The position numbers and the translations under genes are program-made. Under the pieces are notes generated by a model that made no database searches, had not been told where the DNA came from, and saw only the letters and a program-made list of their open reading frames with translations. From a virus, in the IMG/VR virus record IMGVR_UViG_3300034031_000013, positions 1 to 64,000 of that record: 64,000 nt of DNA; one strand, 5' to 3'. Shown piece after piece: positions 8,126 through 17,681 of this stretch (the first letter of the stretch is position 1; every line of letters starts with the position of its first letter).

Positions 8126-8953
8126 ATGAAAATATTTGAAACCGTATCATTCCATATTGTGAAGCCTTGCAACATGAAATGTAAATTCTGTTATGCCACA
8201 TTCGAAGATATGCACGTAGGCGCACAGATGTCACTTGAACACGCCTGTACTGTAATAACCAAGTTGTATTTATCGGGAGTTCAGAAGATAACATTTGCAG
8301 GTGGTGAGCCATTGCTGTACAAGCACATAGACGACTGTATAAGCTTCTCGAAAGGGCTAGGCATGACAACTAGCATAATAACAAATGGTAGCTTAATAAC
8401 CCACCAATGGCTTGTCAAAATGCAAGGAAAACTTGATTGGATAGGTATATCGGTTGATAGTTTAGACCCGCGCACCAATGATTTGATTGGTAGGCGAACT
8501 AAAATGAAAATAGACTACCACGCCCTAGTTAATAATATAAACTTCTACGGATTTAAGCTTAAAATAAATACAGTTGTCAATTCCTTTAACAAGGACGAGG
8601 AAATGAACGAGTTCTTGAATATCGCCAATCCTAGTAGGTGGAAAGTATTTCAAGCACTAAGAGTTGAAGGGCAAAATGATTCTCAATTCGACGAAGTGAA
8701 AGTATCAGATGATGAGTTTGAAGCATTCTTAGAACGACATTCAAGCCAAGTATCATTAGTCCCAGAGAGCAACGAATCAATGACCGCTAGTTACCTTTTA
8801 ATTGACCCATTAGGCAGGTTATTTGAAAATAGCTTAGGCTCTCATACTTATTCAGATTCATTAATTAACAATAATATAGAACACTGCTTATCGCAAATAA
8901 GCCTTGACAGGGATATGTTTCTCAAAAGAGGCGGAGTTTACGAATGGGCTTAA
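8126..8953 (+). CDS. Prokaryotic viperin (pVip, RSAD2-like radical SAM ddhNTP synthase)
   Basis: FHIVKPCNMKCKFC (CxxxCxxC), FAGGEP, SIITNGS, WIGISVDS, KINTVV, RWKVFQ, ESNESMTASYLLIDPLGR and C-terminal FLKRGGVYEW, all viperin-family motifs. Confidence 0.92.
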   Translation: MKIFETVSFHIVKPCNMKCKFCYATFEDMHVGAQMSLEHACTVITKLYLSGVQKITFAGGEPLLYKHIDDCISFSKGLGMTTSIITNGSLITHQWLVKMQGKLDWIGISVDSLDPRTNDLIGRRTKMKIDYHALVNNINFYGFKLKINTVVNSFNKDEEMNEFLNIANPSRWKVFQALRVEGQNDSQFDEVKVSDDEFEAFLERHSSQVSLVPESNESMTASYLLIDPLGRLFENSLGSHTYSDSLINNNIEHCLSQISLDRDMFLKRGGVYEWA

Positions 8954-8965
8954 AATAACCACGAT

Positions 8966-10217
8966 ATGAAATCACTATTTGAAACCCTAGCAACACCATT
9001 AAGAAACCACGCTGATCTAGTAATAGCAGGAATAGATTCTGAAACAGCATCAAGAATTGTCTTTGACCCGCTAAAACAAGTACAGGACGAGGTAGATGAC
9101 GAACGCTTAAATGAAGCCTTTAGACGTGCTTTTATATGGGGGCAGATGCAACAGTTGAAGTTAGATAACGGACGCGCCACACAGTCTGATTTCGAGGCTA
9201 TGGAGGCGTGTATAGAGGATGTTAGAAAGATTCTATGATCCCCGACATTCAAACCCTTCTCATTCACTACCCACACTTAACCGTTGGGGAGTATTGCAAA
9301 CAGTTTCTAGGTATTGATATGGTAAAGGAGACTGAACCGATCAAGCCTGAATATGAAACCGTTCGCCTGATCTCTAAGATTAACGAATCTATTGCTATAG
9401 AACAGGCTAGAGCAAATGGGTATGAGAAAAGACCGAGAATCAGAAACAATAACATCAGAAGCACACCCGAATACGGGATAGACAAAAAGCAATTCATTTA
9501 TCAAAAGAGATACGGAGACTATTAATATGAAAAGGATAACCAAATCAGAGAGCTTCTTAACGGGAGCTTTTTTTATGTTCTGCCACTACTTCTTTGAGGC
9601 TTATAATAAGATGATATGAAAGATACAACTAAAGAATTTCAGTTACCGAGGGAGTTCGGTGAGAAATGGATAAAGGCTTTAAGAAGCGGTGAGTATAAGC
9701 AAAACACCGATGCTCAATTACTTGTGCCGGAAACAGGCTGTTATTGCGCTTTAGGTGTCTTTGCCGTTGCAAATGGCATGGAGTTGAGTGATGACGGCAT
9801 GGATGTATTAATCGACGGGAAATTAGCAGACTACAAGCCATTTAAAGACCTTATGACAAAAGAGGGAATGGTTAAAATCTATAGACTAAACGACAGTAAA
9901 GATGCAACCTTCCCCGAACTGGCAGATTGGATAGAACGAAATGTAGAGTTCGTATGAAACAGCCTATCGTAGTCAGTAATTTCAGTCAGCTATCCTACGC
10001 TTTAAAAGCAGGACACCCGCCTGTAGAGGTTAAGGAGAAGCCGAAGCAAGCGCATTCAGGTTCTTGGTCGGTTTATTATGGGAAGTTGCTTGTAGAGGCT
10101 AATATCAAGTACTACGGCCAATGTGTGAATAAAGTAAATGAGTGTAAACTAAACGGGAGAGATTACCCTAAACCGGAATTATTGAAAATCAAACCTTACG
10201 AAAATGGAAACAAATAA
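8966..10217 (+). other. Four small hypothetical phage ORFs (8966-9238, 9235-9525, 9616-9957, ~9954-10217)
   Basis: Co-oriented; 9616-9957 has the recurrent phage pattern WIKALRSGEYKQ...CYCALGV...LND...F.ELADWIE. Confidence 0.65.
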
Positions 10218-10941
10218 AGAATATCTATCAAGGCTATTGCCTTTATTAAAGAAGCCGATACCTCACCAATGGAGAGTACAAAGCTATTCAAAGAACAAGC
10301 CAGTAGCAACAGTTATGGCTTACGTGGACGCTAGGGACGTACAGGACGTATTAGATACCTACTGCGAGTACGGATGGCAGAGAAAGCACCAAATGCTTAA
10401 TGACAGGCTATATTGCTCTTTAGGAATACAGATGCCTGACGGGACTATTCAATGGAAAGAGGATTGCGGTACAGAAAGCAATCAAGATGCTGAAAAAGGA
10501 CAAGCCTCGGACGCATTTAAGAGAGCAGGAGTTAATTGGGGGATTGGCAGGTTCTTGTACGATATGAAAATTCAGTACGTAGACACCAATGTAAAGAAAG
10601 AAGGCAACAATCATCCTAACTGTGTGGATAAGCAAGGTAAACAGATTTACGATTTAACAACGTATATCAACAACCTTAACCCTAACGCACCGCAAGCCCC
10701 AAAAGCTTCTGTTATTGTGCCTGAACTTTCCACAGACGATAAAGTAAGGAACATGACAGGTAGAAGCAATCCTGAATTAGCTCAGTCCGTTGCAGATGCT
10801 GTATTAGCCTGCAAGAGCAGACAGGATATAATAGACCTTGTTGCCCATCCCGACTATAAGCAATACGAATCTAATGAGAAGTTTCAGAAGCTAGTAAAAT
10901 CAGAAATAGCAAAATATCCTAAACCTCAAAAATCAGCATAG
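10204..10941 (+). CDS. sak: Sak / Rad52-like single-strand annealing protein
   Basis: WRVQ...AYVDARDVQDVLD...EKGQASDAFKRAGVNWGIGRFLY. Confidence 0.9.
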   Translation: METNKEYLSRLLPLLKKPIPHQWRVQSYSKNKPVATVMAYVDARDVQDVLDTYCEYGWQRKHQMLNDRLYCSLGIQMPDGTIQWKEDCGTESNQDAEKGQASDAFKRAGVNWGIGRFLYDMKIQYVDTNVKKEGNNHPNCVDKQGKQIYDLTTYINNLNPNAPQAPKASVIVPELSTDDKVRNMTGRSNPELAQSVADAVLACKSRQDIIDLVAHPDYKQYESNEKFQKLVKSEIAKYPKPQKSA

Positions 10942-10959
10942 AAAGTAAACAATTAAATT

Positions 10960-11304
10960 ATGGAAATACAAGGATTGGTTCACGAAATCGGAGCCACACA
11001 GAACATTAGCGACACTTTTAAAAAGAGAGACTTGATTATTGAGTATGCGGAAAACCCCGAGTATAAAGAGTATCTTAAGTTCGAGGCGGTACAGGACAAA
11101 GTAAACCTATTCGACACAGTAAAAGTTGGCGAAAAAGTTGAAGTGTCGTTTAACTTAAGAGGCAGAGCGCATACTAAAGATGGCAAGACTAGCTATTTCA
11201 ACAGTCTTGTTGCATGGAAGCTAAACAAACTAGGTTCTGCCAGTGAATCTGCTCACGTTCCAGCAGGTGTAGAGTCAGACGAAGACCAAGATTTACCATT
11301 CTAG
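10960..11304 (+). CDS. DUF3127 single-stranded DNA-binding protein
   Basis: MEIQG...FKKRDLIIE...VEVSFNLRGR...YFNSLVAWK; acidic tail ending DLPF. Confidence 0.88.
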   Translation: MEIQGLVHEIGATQNISDTFKKRDLIIEYAENPEYKEYLKFEAVQDKVNLFDTVKVGEKVEVSFNLRGRAHTKDGKTSYFNSLVAWKLNKLGSASESAHVPAGVESDEDQDLPF

Positions 11305-11307
11305 GGC

Positions 11308-12027
11308 ATGGCAGAAGTCAAAGAGCAATTAGTATTCTTTGACCCAATAGAACACAAGTACACAGATAGAGAGGGCAATAGGCTAATTTCGGTTAGTCAG
11401 TTGCTTTCTTTGTTTAAACCCAAATTTGACCCGACAGGCGAGATAACAGCGAAGTATGCCAAGAAGCATGGAATGACTGTTGCCGAGGTGCTGGACAAGT
11501 GGAAGCAAATTAACACACAGTCCTGCACTTACGGAACATCGGTACATGAAGAAATTGAACATTACATCAATACCAAAGAGATAAGATCATCCGATCATAT
11601 CCATTACGTCAATCAGTTTGCAGAAATTAAATTTCAGGGAAGGTTATTCTCGGAGCGTATGCTTTACTGCCTTGATAATATGGTAGCTGGAACAGCAGAC
11701 ATCGTTGAACGGATTGGATTTTATATAAATATTTGGGATTTTAAGACGAACAAGGAGCTATCCAAGTTCAACAATTTCGGAGGCAGGATGCTTTACGACC
11801 TTTCCCACTTATCGGACTGCAATTTCAATCACTATCAGCTTCAATTATCGCTATACGGTTACTTGTGTGAACTAAAGGGGTTGAAGGTAAACGATTTAAT
11901 CATTCTTTATATGAATCCCAAGACCTTAAAGATGGAGTTCCATCGGTGCAGGTATATGAGGGATGAAGTAAAGTACATTTTAGAAACAAAAGACACATTA
12001 TGGGACAATCAAAAAATTCTTTCCTAG
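11308..12027 (+). CDS. PD-(D/E)XK exonuclease (Cas4/RecB-like fold)
   Basis: H.Y...ISVSQLL, GTSVH, AGTAD...IWDFKT, HYQLQLSLY. Confidence 0.85.
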   Translation: MAEVKEQLVFFDPIEHKYTDREGNRLISVSQLLSLFKPKFDPTGEITAKYAKKHGMTVAEVLDKWKQINTQSCTYGTSVHEEIEHYINTKEIRSSDHIHYVNQFAEIKFQGRLFSERMLYCLDNMVAGTADIVERIGFYINIWDFKTNKELSKFNNFGGRMLYDLSHLSDCNFNHYQLQLSLYGYLCELKGLKVNDLIILYMNPKTLKMEFHRCRYMRDEVKYILETKDTLWDNQKILS

Positions 12028-12455
12028 AGCTAAGGGCCGAGGATATGGTACTCATGTACGACCATGAGTTCAGTAAGAAAAAAGCAGAAGCTACAGGCGT
12101 AGCACTTGTGCAGGGCGTGTTTGACGATGGGCTTGTAGACCCAATGAAAGTTATGTCTAATATCGTTCGCTTAAAAGCAGTTATTGACAGCGCAGATAAG
12201 GCATTTAGAGAGCGTTTAAGCCTACCTTCTGCCGCTAGTTGGAATGGAGTAACCTTTACCCCTAAGAATGGCTCAGAGAAGCTAGTTTACGAAGAAGATG
12301 CGGTTTGTAAAGACTTGTCGGAGAAGCTAAAGGCAAGACAGGAACTTGTTAAACTTGCTACTAAGTCAAAGGATGCTATTTATGACAGCGAAGGATGTGA
12401 GGTAACAAGGGTATCAAGCAAGTTCGACAAGGCTAGTATCACAATTTCATTTTAA
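12000..12455 (+). CDS. Conserved phage protein in the recombination module
   Basis: 151 aa ORF; context. Confidence 0.65.
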   Translation: MGQSKNSFLELRAEDMVLMYDHEFSKKKAEATGVALVQGVFDDGLVDPMKVMSNIVRLKAVIDSADKAFRERLSLPSAASWNGVTFTPKNGSEKLVYEEDAVCKDLSEKLKARQELVKLATKSKDAIYDSEGCEVTRVSSKFDKASITISF

Positions 12456-12460
12456 AACCC

Positions 12461-12489
12461 AAGCCACTAACTCCCATTAGTGGCTTTTT
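12461..12489 (+). terminator. Intrinsic terminator
   Basis: AAGCCACTAA...TTAGTGGCTT followed by a T-run. Confidence 0.75.
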
Positions 12490-12493
12490 ACAT

Positions 12494-12564
12494 TGGGGGA
12501 TAGTTTAATTAATAGAACGTTGGCTTCATGCCATCAGATGCAGGTTTGAATCCTGCTCCCTCAA
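12494..12564 (+). tRNA. Degenerate tRNA-like gene (CAT or TCA in loop, ambiguous anticodon arm)
   Basis: TGGGGGA/TCCCTCA acceptor, TA-GTTT...GAAC D arm, GCAGG-TTTGAAT-CCTGC T arm. Confidence 0.6.
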
Positions 12565-12739
12565 CTAACCAAATCAAGCACCATGAATCAGCTAAAGAAC
12601 TATCTAACGGGGGTTAAAGCCGTAGCCCGTACTGCAAGTCCTAACGGAAGGGATTACAAGCACAACGGAAACTTCACCCCTCTAACAGCATGGAATGGCG
12701 AACAGTTTAACTATAGCCCTATCCTTAATCAAAAAGAAC

Positions 12740-12925
12740 ATGAAGAAAACGAGACAGAGAAATAAAGACGGAAGAAAGCTAGTGGCAGTAACGATTCAAA
12801 TCTTCGAGGATCAGCACGAAGCCCTTTTGAAAATATCCAAAGGGAAGAAGCCTATTGCTAAGCAGGTGGTTATACAGAACCTCCTAGATGAAAAAGGATA
12901 TAACGGATTAAAGCAAACAGCATGA
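12740..12925 (+). CDS. Possible ribbon-helix-helix DNA-binding protein
   Basis: VAVTIQIF (beta strand) then two short helices; start re-assigned to the MKKTRQ ATG. Confidence 0.45.
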   Translation: MKKTRQRNKDGRKLVAVTIQIFEDQHEALLKISKGKKPIAKQVVIQNLLDEKGYNGLKQTA

Positions 12926-13418
12926 ATACAAGCATTATAGCCATAGAAGCAACTACAAGCTTACTATACACTCCAATTGACAATAGTTATGCAGTTTGTT
13001 TATCTGATGGTAAAAATCATTATTTGGCGGGAACCCATGATAGTAATGCAAAGACTGTTAGGATAATTAGTCCGGTTTTTATTAATAAGGTTTATAGTGC
13101 CCTCGATGATCGTGTAACCTATGAATACCAATTTGTTTTGGTACAGGATAGGGGAGGGTTGATACATTCTGTCCTTTATAACGAAAGAGGCTTGAAACAG
13201 CATTGACCAATGGAACGAACAACTGAATCAACGGAAGCCTTGAGACTTAAATGCACCCTCCTTGAGATACGTATTGAATCTTTAACCCATGAGCTAAAGG
13301 AAGCAAGAGAAGGATTAGTAGCGCAAGGACAAGCACACGATCACTTTAAGAACTGGATAGGGAATATTCATAACTATAAGAAGTGGGTAACAGGATTAAC
13401 AACTAAAAGCGAAGAATA

Positions 13419-13970
13419 ATGAATCTATTTGACCCTGAAATTGGAAGTACATGGAAAGTTGTTGACAGGCAGCCCACACCCGATAAGCCAAAGGGGTTTA
13501 TCGGCGTGGATAATGGCGTGTCGGGAACGATAGGAATCATTACAGAGAACGGAACAGCCTTAATGTACAAAACCCCCATAAAGAACGAACAGAGCTACAC
13601 AAAGGCTAAAAAACGCATTAACAGGGTCGATGTAGTTAAGCTTAAAGATATGTTGAGTGAATTTTCAACCAACAGTAAAGTTGTAATTGAGCGTCCTATG
13701 GTAAACCCGAAGATGTTCAGTACAACCCTTAGTGCCATGAGAGCATTAGAAGCTACCATTTGTACCCTAGAAGATATGGGGTTCCCTTACAGCTATATCG
13801 ACAGTCGCGAATGGCAAAAAGAAATGTTGCCGAGCGGATACAAGGGAGTTGAACTTAAGGTTGCATCCCTCGACATAGGCAAACGCCTGTTCCCTCACAT
13901 TGATTTAAAGCATCCCGACCGCGATAGCTTACTTATGGCAGAATACCTGCGCAGACAGTATAAAAGTTAG
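13419..13970 (+). CDS. RuvC-like Holliday junction resolvase
   Basis: FIGVDNGVSGTIG, VVIERP, WQKEML, DRDSLLMAEY. Confidence 0.8.
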   Translation: MNLFDPEIGSTWKVVDRQPTPDKPKGFIGVDNGVSGTIGIITENGTALMYKTPIKNEQSYTKAKKRINRVDVVKLKDMLSEFSTNSKVVIERPMVNPKMFSTTLSAMRALEATICTLEDMGFPYSYIDSREWQKEMLPSGYKGVELKVASLDIGKRLFPHIDLKHPDRDSLLMAEYLRRQYKS

Positions 13971-13972
13971 CT

Positions 13973-14425
13973 ATGAATAAGCTACGACATTGTGGCTTAG
14001 GCGGTCACGATGTTCCTATGCTTTGGAAATCTAAAACCAGCACAAGCCCCTCCGCCTGCAAGTATTGTTGGTTTGCACAAAACCCCATCTCGATAAAGAA
14101 AGTCGCTCCTGTGGCAGATATGAAAGCGAGAGAGGCAAAGAAGCCTAAGCCCATCAAAAAGGTTAGCGACAAGCAGAAGAAAATCAATGCTGCCTATACT
14201 ATCCTCCGAAAGCAATTCCTAAAGAACCATCCGAACTGTCAGGCACAGCTTGAGGGTTGTACTTATCAAGCAACGGATTGCCACCATTCGAAAGGTCGCA
14301 CAGGGAGCAATATGCTAGACGAAACAACTTACATCGCCCTTTGCCATAACTGCCATGTAAAAGTGGAACTCTCGCCTACTATGGCAAAGCTATTGGGGTT
14401 ATCACAAAACAGATTAGATAATTAG
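13973..14425 (+). CDS. HNH-type (NinG-like) endonuclease
   Basis: CQAQLEGC..ATDCHH.KGR...ALCHNCH. Confidence 0.7.
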   Translation: MNKLRHCGLGGHDVPMLWKSKTSTSPSACKYCWFAQNPISIKKVAPVADMKAREAKKPKPIKKVSDKQKKINAAYTILRKQFLKNHPNCQAQLEGCTYQATDCHHSKGRTGSNMLDETTYIALCHNCHVKVELSPTMAKLLGLSQNRLDN

Positions 14426-14428
14426 ACT

Positions 14429-14962
14429 ATGAGAAACGTAATATTCCTTGATATTGACGGGGTTTTGAACTCTGAATTGTTTTACAGGGAGAGGCACGAA
14501 AAATCTCAGAAGGAGGCAAAGAAAGCCGTAAAGCGGGATGAAATTGAAAGGTTGGAATATTATAAGTCTAATATATGCCTAGAGCGTATCCAATGGCTTA
14601 ATGAACTCTGCGAAGAAACAGATTCAGTTATTGTTGTTTCGTCTACTTGGCGGTCAGGGAAGTCAATACAAGACCTACAGGAAATGTTTAACTATTGCGG
14701 TGCTACATTTATCGTGGTTGGTAAAACAGGGCATTGTGAGTGCCGAATAAGAGGTGTAGAGATAAGGCAGTGGCTAGAAAAGCATTGCATGGAATATTTC
14801 GGGGTTAACTACTATGACTTTTATAGGTACGCTATAATTGATGATGACGGCGATATGCTATTGTGGCAACAAGATCATTTCTTTCAAACCGATAATTGGT
14901 CAGGATTAACGCCAACTACCTGCTATAAAATTAAACGGTTCTTTACTCATAAAACATTTTAA
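14429..14962 (+). CDS. HAD phosphatase, Swiss-Army-knife RNA-repair type (HAD_SAK_2)
   Basis: IFLDIDGVLN, VVSSTWR, RGVEIRQWL, YAIIDDDGDM. Confidence 0.85.
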   Translation: MRNVIFLDIDGVLNSELFYRERHEKSQKEAKKAVKRDEIERLEYYKSNICLERIQWLNELCEETDSVIVVSSTWRSGKSIQDLQEMFNYCGATFIVVGKTGHCECRIRGVEIRQWLEKHCMEYFGVNYYDFYRYAIIDDDGDMLLWQQDHFFQTDNWSGLTPTTCYKIKRFFTHKTF

Positions 14963-14964
14963 CC

Positions 14965-15159
14965 ATGACACCACAACAAGAATCCCTATTAGAGCAGGTA
15001 CTTGTAGAAATGAGTGCCTTGAGAAAGGAAGTAACAACCATTAACAAGGCACTCGCTTACAAAACCACAGCCGTTAAAAAGCAAGAATCCGTTCAGGATA
15101 TTGCCAATTCAATCATCGCCGAAACAATCCTCAAGGCGAAACAGAATCGCCATAACTAA
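14965..15159 (+). CDS. Small coiled-coil protein convergent with the integrase
   Basis: 64 aa; stop overlaps the integrase stop. Confidence 0.55.
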   Translation: MTPQQESLLEQVLVEMSALRKEVTTINKALAYKTTAVKKQESVQDIANSIIAETILKAKQNRHN

Positions 15160-16505
15160 TACACAACCCTCGGAGGTCTTGGCCTCGATGCTATATCGCA
15201 CTTCAACTTTCGTAAATATGTTTCCGTTTGAATCGTTGTGGTGTGCCTGTTTTGGATTGAAATCTGAAACAAATCCCATCCCGCTTTAAACGCTTCTATA
15301 TTCCCTGTAGCCTTAAGTGAATATAAAGAGTGCTTGCCATCGTTGTAGATATTTAAGTCCTCTAAGGCGGCTTTAAATCGCGTAGAAAGCCCACTCCTAT
15401 CTGCTCTCTTAAGCGAAGGAATCATATCGGAAGTAAAGACGTAATAGTTGTCGTACTTCTTATCATCGAAGTATTGCTCCCAACCGAGTTTTTCAAATTC
15501 AGCTACAAGTGCGGGGTCAAGGTAAAGCTCGGTAAATATCTTCTTCTTTGTCTTGGTGCTACCAACGGAAAGGGAAAAGTAACCCTCCTTATATCGTTTA
15601 ACATTCTTAATCTTAATACGCCTTAATTCAGATATTCTGATAAACGTATAGAAAATTGTACGGCAGATATAAGCCATGAGCTTATTAGATATATAAGCCT
15701 TTCCAGGAACAACCCTAGCTATTACCCTTGCTTGATCGAAGTACTCAAGTATCTTCTTAAGTTGAACGGTAGAGAAAGGTTCGAATCGTTCACTGTCCTC
15801 TACAGACTCTTTACGGTCGATTGTAATGGATATATCTTTATAGTCATACCTACGTGCATAATAAGCAAACATAGCCCTTATAGAGCCTAATTGATTGTTC
15901 CATGTTGTATCTTTTATTGTGCCGCTTGTATATCGTTCTTCAAAGAATTGTAAGATCGTATTCTTAGTTATTTTGTCTAAACGGGCAGTTAAACAGTCCT
16001 GCTCTCTGCAAAACTCCTTGAACAAGTTAAACAATGAATTATACGTACCCTCGGTATTTTCTTTATTCTCGGGAGCGGCCTTTGATGGGTTGTCCTTTCC
16101 TGCCTTGATTTTCAACCACTGCTCAATAGCTTTTTCAAGTGTAGGTATTGGCGATGGGTCGTTGGCTTGGGAAAGTAGTTCTTCAATGGGTTTATCAACA
16201 AGAGGCGAAATAGCTACGCCTGTCTTTGGATCAACGCCAATAGATAATTGAGTCGCTACCGCAATGCGAATACCCTCACCGTTCTTCTTACGAAGCCTAG
16301 TGTTAGATATGTGTTCTTTCTTGTTAAGAATTTTGGAATAGTACTTTTGAGGGAGCCACTTGCCGTTATCGAAATCCCATATATGGTAGTAGATATACCA
16401 ATCTCCTTTCTCGGGAGTTTTAAGAACGGGAGCGGCACGAAAGAGTTCTTTACCTTGGGGCAAGTAATAGTAGTTACCATCTACTTCAATTCGATTTAAT
16501 TGCAT
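15156..16505 (-). CDS. int: Tyrosine recombinase (integrase)
   Basis: FIRISEL (R), TKTK (K), YSLKAT (HxxR variant), QNRH, TETYL (Y); N-terminal arm/SAM-like domains. Confidence 0.88.
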   Translation of the reverse strand: MQLNRIEVDGNYYYLPQGKELFRAAPVLKTPEKGDWYIYYHIWDFDNGKWLPQKYYSKILNKKEHISNTRLRKKNGEGIRIAVATQLSIGVDPKTGVAISPLVDKPIEELLSQANDPSPIPTLEKAIEQWLKIKAGKDNPSKAAPENKENTEGTYNSLFNLFKEFCREQDCLTARLDKITKNTILQFFEERYTSGTIKDTTWNNQLGSIRAMFAYYARRYDYKDISITIDRKESVEDSERFEPFSTVQLKKILEYFDQARVIARVVPGKAYISNKLMAYICRTIFYTFIRISELRRIKIKNVKRYKEGYFSLSVGSTKTKKKIFTELYLDPALVAEFEKLGWEQYFDDKKYDNYYVFTSDMIPSLKRADRSGLSTRFKAALEDLNIYNDGKHSLYSLKATGNIEAFKAGWDLFQISIQNRHTTTIQTETYLRKLKCDIASRPRPPRVVY

Positions 16506-16510
16506 ATTAT

Positions 16511-16762
16511 TGTGTGGTTAAGAAGAGAGAAATATTGCAGTAGTTTTCTACGTTTTTCTACACTGATTTTGGATAGCCATTTAGATAGCTAAAAACGCAC
16601 TTTTTTATGGGAAATAAAAATTTAAATAAATAAATTAGTTTTGTTAGGGCGCTTTCGCCTACCAAAATCAATACCATTAGTTAATTACTGAATACTTGTG
16701 GTTAAAAAAGAGAGGATAATCTAGCTAATATCTATAGCAATTTCTACAGATTTTCTACAGAT
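16511..16762. promoter_or_regulatory. Candidate attP with arm-type repeats
   Basis: TTT(T)CTAC tandem pairs at 16544/16554 and 16741/16751, each preceded by TGTGGTTAA.AAGAGAG (16513, 16697). Confidence 0.55.
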
Positions 16763-16769
16763 TGTGTAG

Positions 16770-17210
16770 TTATTCAGGGAGCCAGTACTGAATTTTATTG
16801 CCACCATGTTTTGCGCTTTCAATAAGTCCTTTTTCAGTAAGCTTTAAGGCTTGGTATCCTAGTCTTACTTTAGCTAGATTGATTTGTTCCTTAGTAGATT
16901 CAGGATACATTTCTTTAATCTTATCTGTCATATCAGATATATACATCTTCCCGTATTTGCGAAGAAAGTAAAAAATCTTATCAGGGTAAGACCAGTCAGG
17001 GTTATAATCTTGGGACACTAGCTTATTTAGCTTTTCCTCTGAAATCTTAGTCACCTTTTTTGATGGACGCGAGGTACGACTAAAATACTCCGTGTCACTT
17101 GGGGCTTCGGAGCCAAATGCGGCTAGTGTTTGATCTATAGAGTTGATCTTTATTATATAAGATTCTCTGACTTTTCTAAGTCCTTCAATGATTTCATTTT
17201 CTGTTGTCAT
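16770..17210 (-). CDS. Moron-like protein with probable C-terminal winged helix
   Basis: Own TACCTTTG promoter (reverse strand, 17338-17345); KIFYFLRKYGKMYISDM...LTEKGLIE...IQYWL. Confidence 0.6.
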   Translation of the reverse strand: MTTENEIIEGLRKVRESYIIKINSIDQTLAAFGSEAPSDTEYFSRTSRPSKKVTKISEEKLNKLVSQDYNPDWSYPDKIFYFLRKYGKMYISDMTDKIKEMYPESTKEQINLAKVRLGYQALKLTEKGLIESAKHGGNKIQYWLPE

Positions 17211-17681
17211 ATTTAATTTATTGTTAAGTTTTTAATTATGTTTGTACACTTTGTAAAGCATTGTATGTTTTCAAACGAAAAAATAAACACGTTGTTTAGG
17301 TTGTTTTGAAATTATATATGTCCTTACTTCCATAGTGCAAAGGTATACAACAATTTTACAAATTGTCAATTTAATTTGAATTAATATACAATTAACCTCG
17401 AACAACAGCCAATACATTACAATAAAGGCTATTTTAAAGCTCTCTAACGAACGATAATAATTAATTAATAACAATCATCGAACACCCTACCCTCCTCACC
17501 CCATGACCGAAATCCAACTCGCCAAAGCGGCAATCGACAACGCATTTGAAGCCTTTCTAAGAGAAGATTGGCCTTGGACTACCCAAGTATCAGAAGATGA
17601 TTTTAAACCTTACCAGCCTACGGAAGAACAGATGAAGGCTGAAAAGGAAGAGTTTATTATGGCTTATTTGATTGATTAATT

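Noticed and set aside
12494-12564. UGA-suppressor tRNA and stop-codon recoding as in some crAss-like phages
   Set aside because: Long genes (2045, 1256, 1045 aa) are uninterrupted in the standard code, all three stop codons end genes, and the loop is non-canonical
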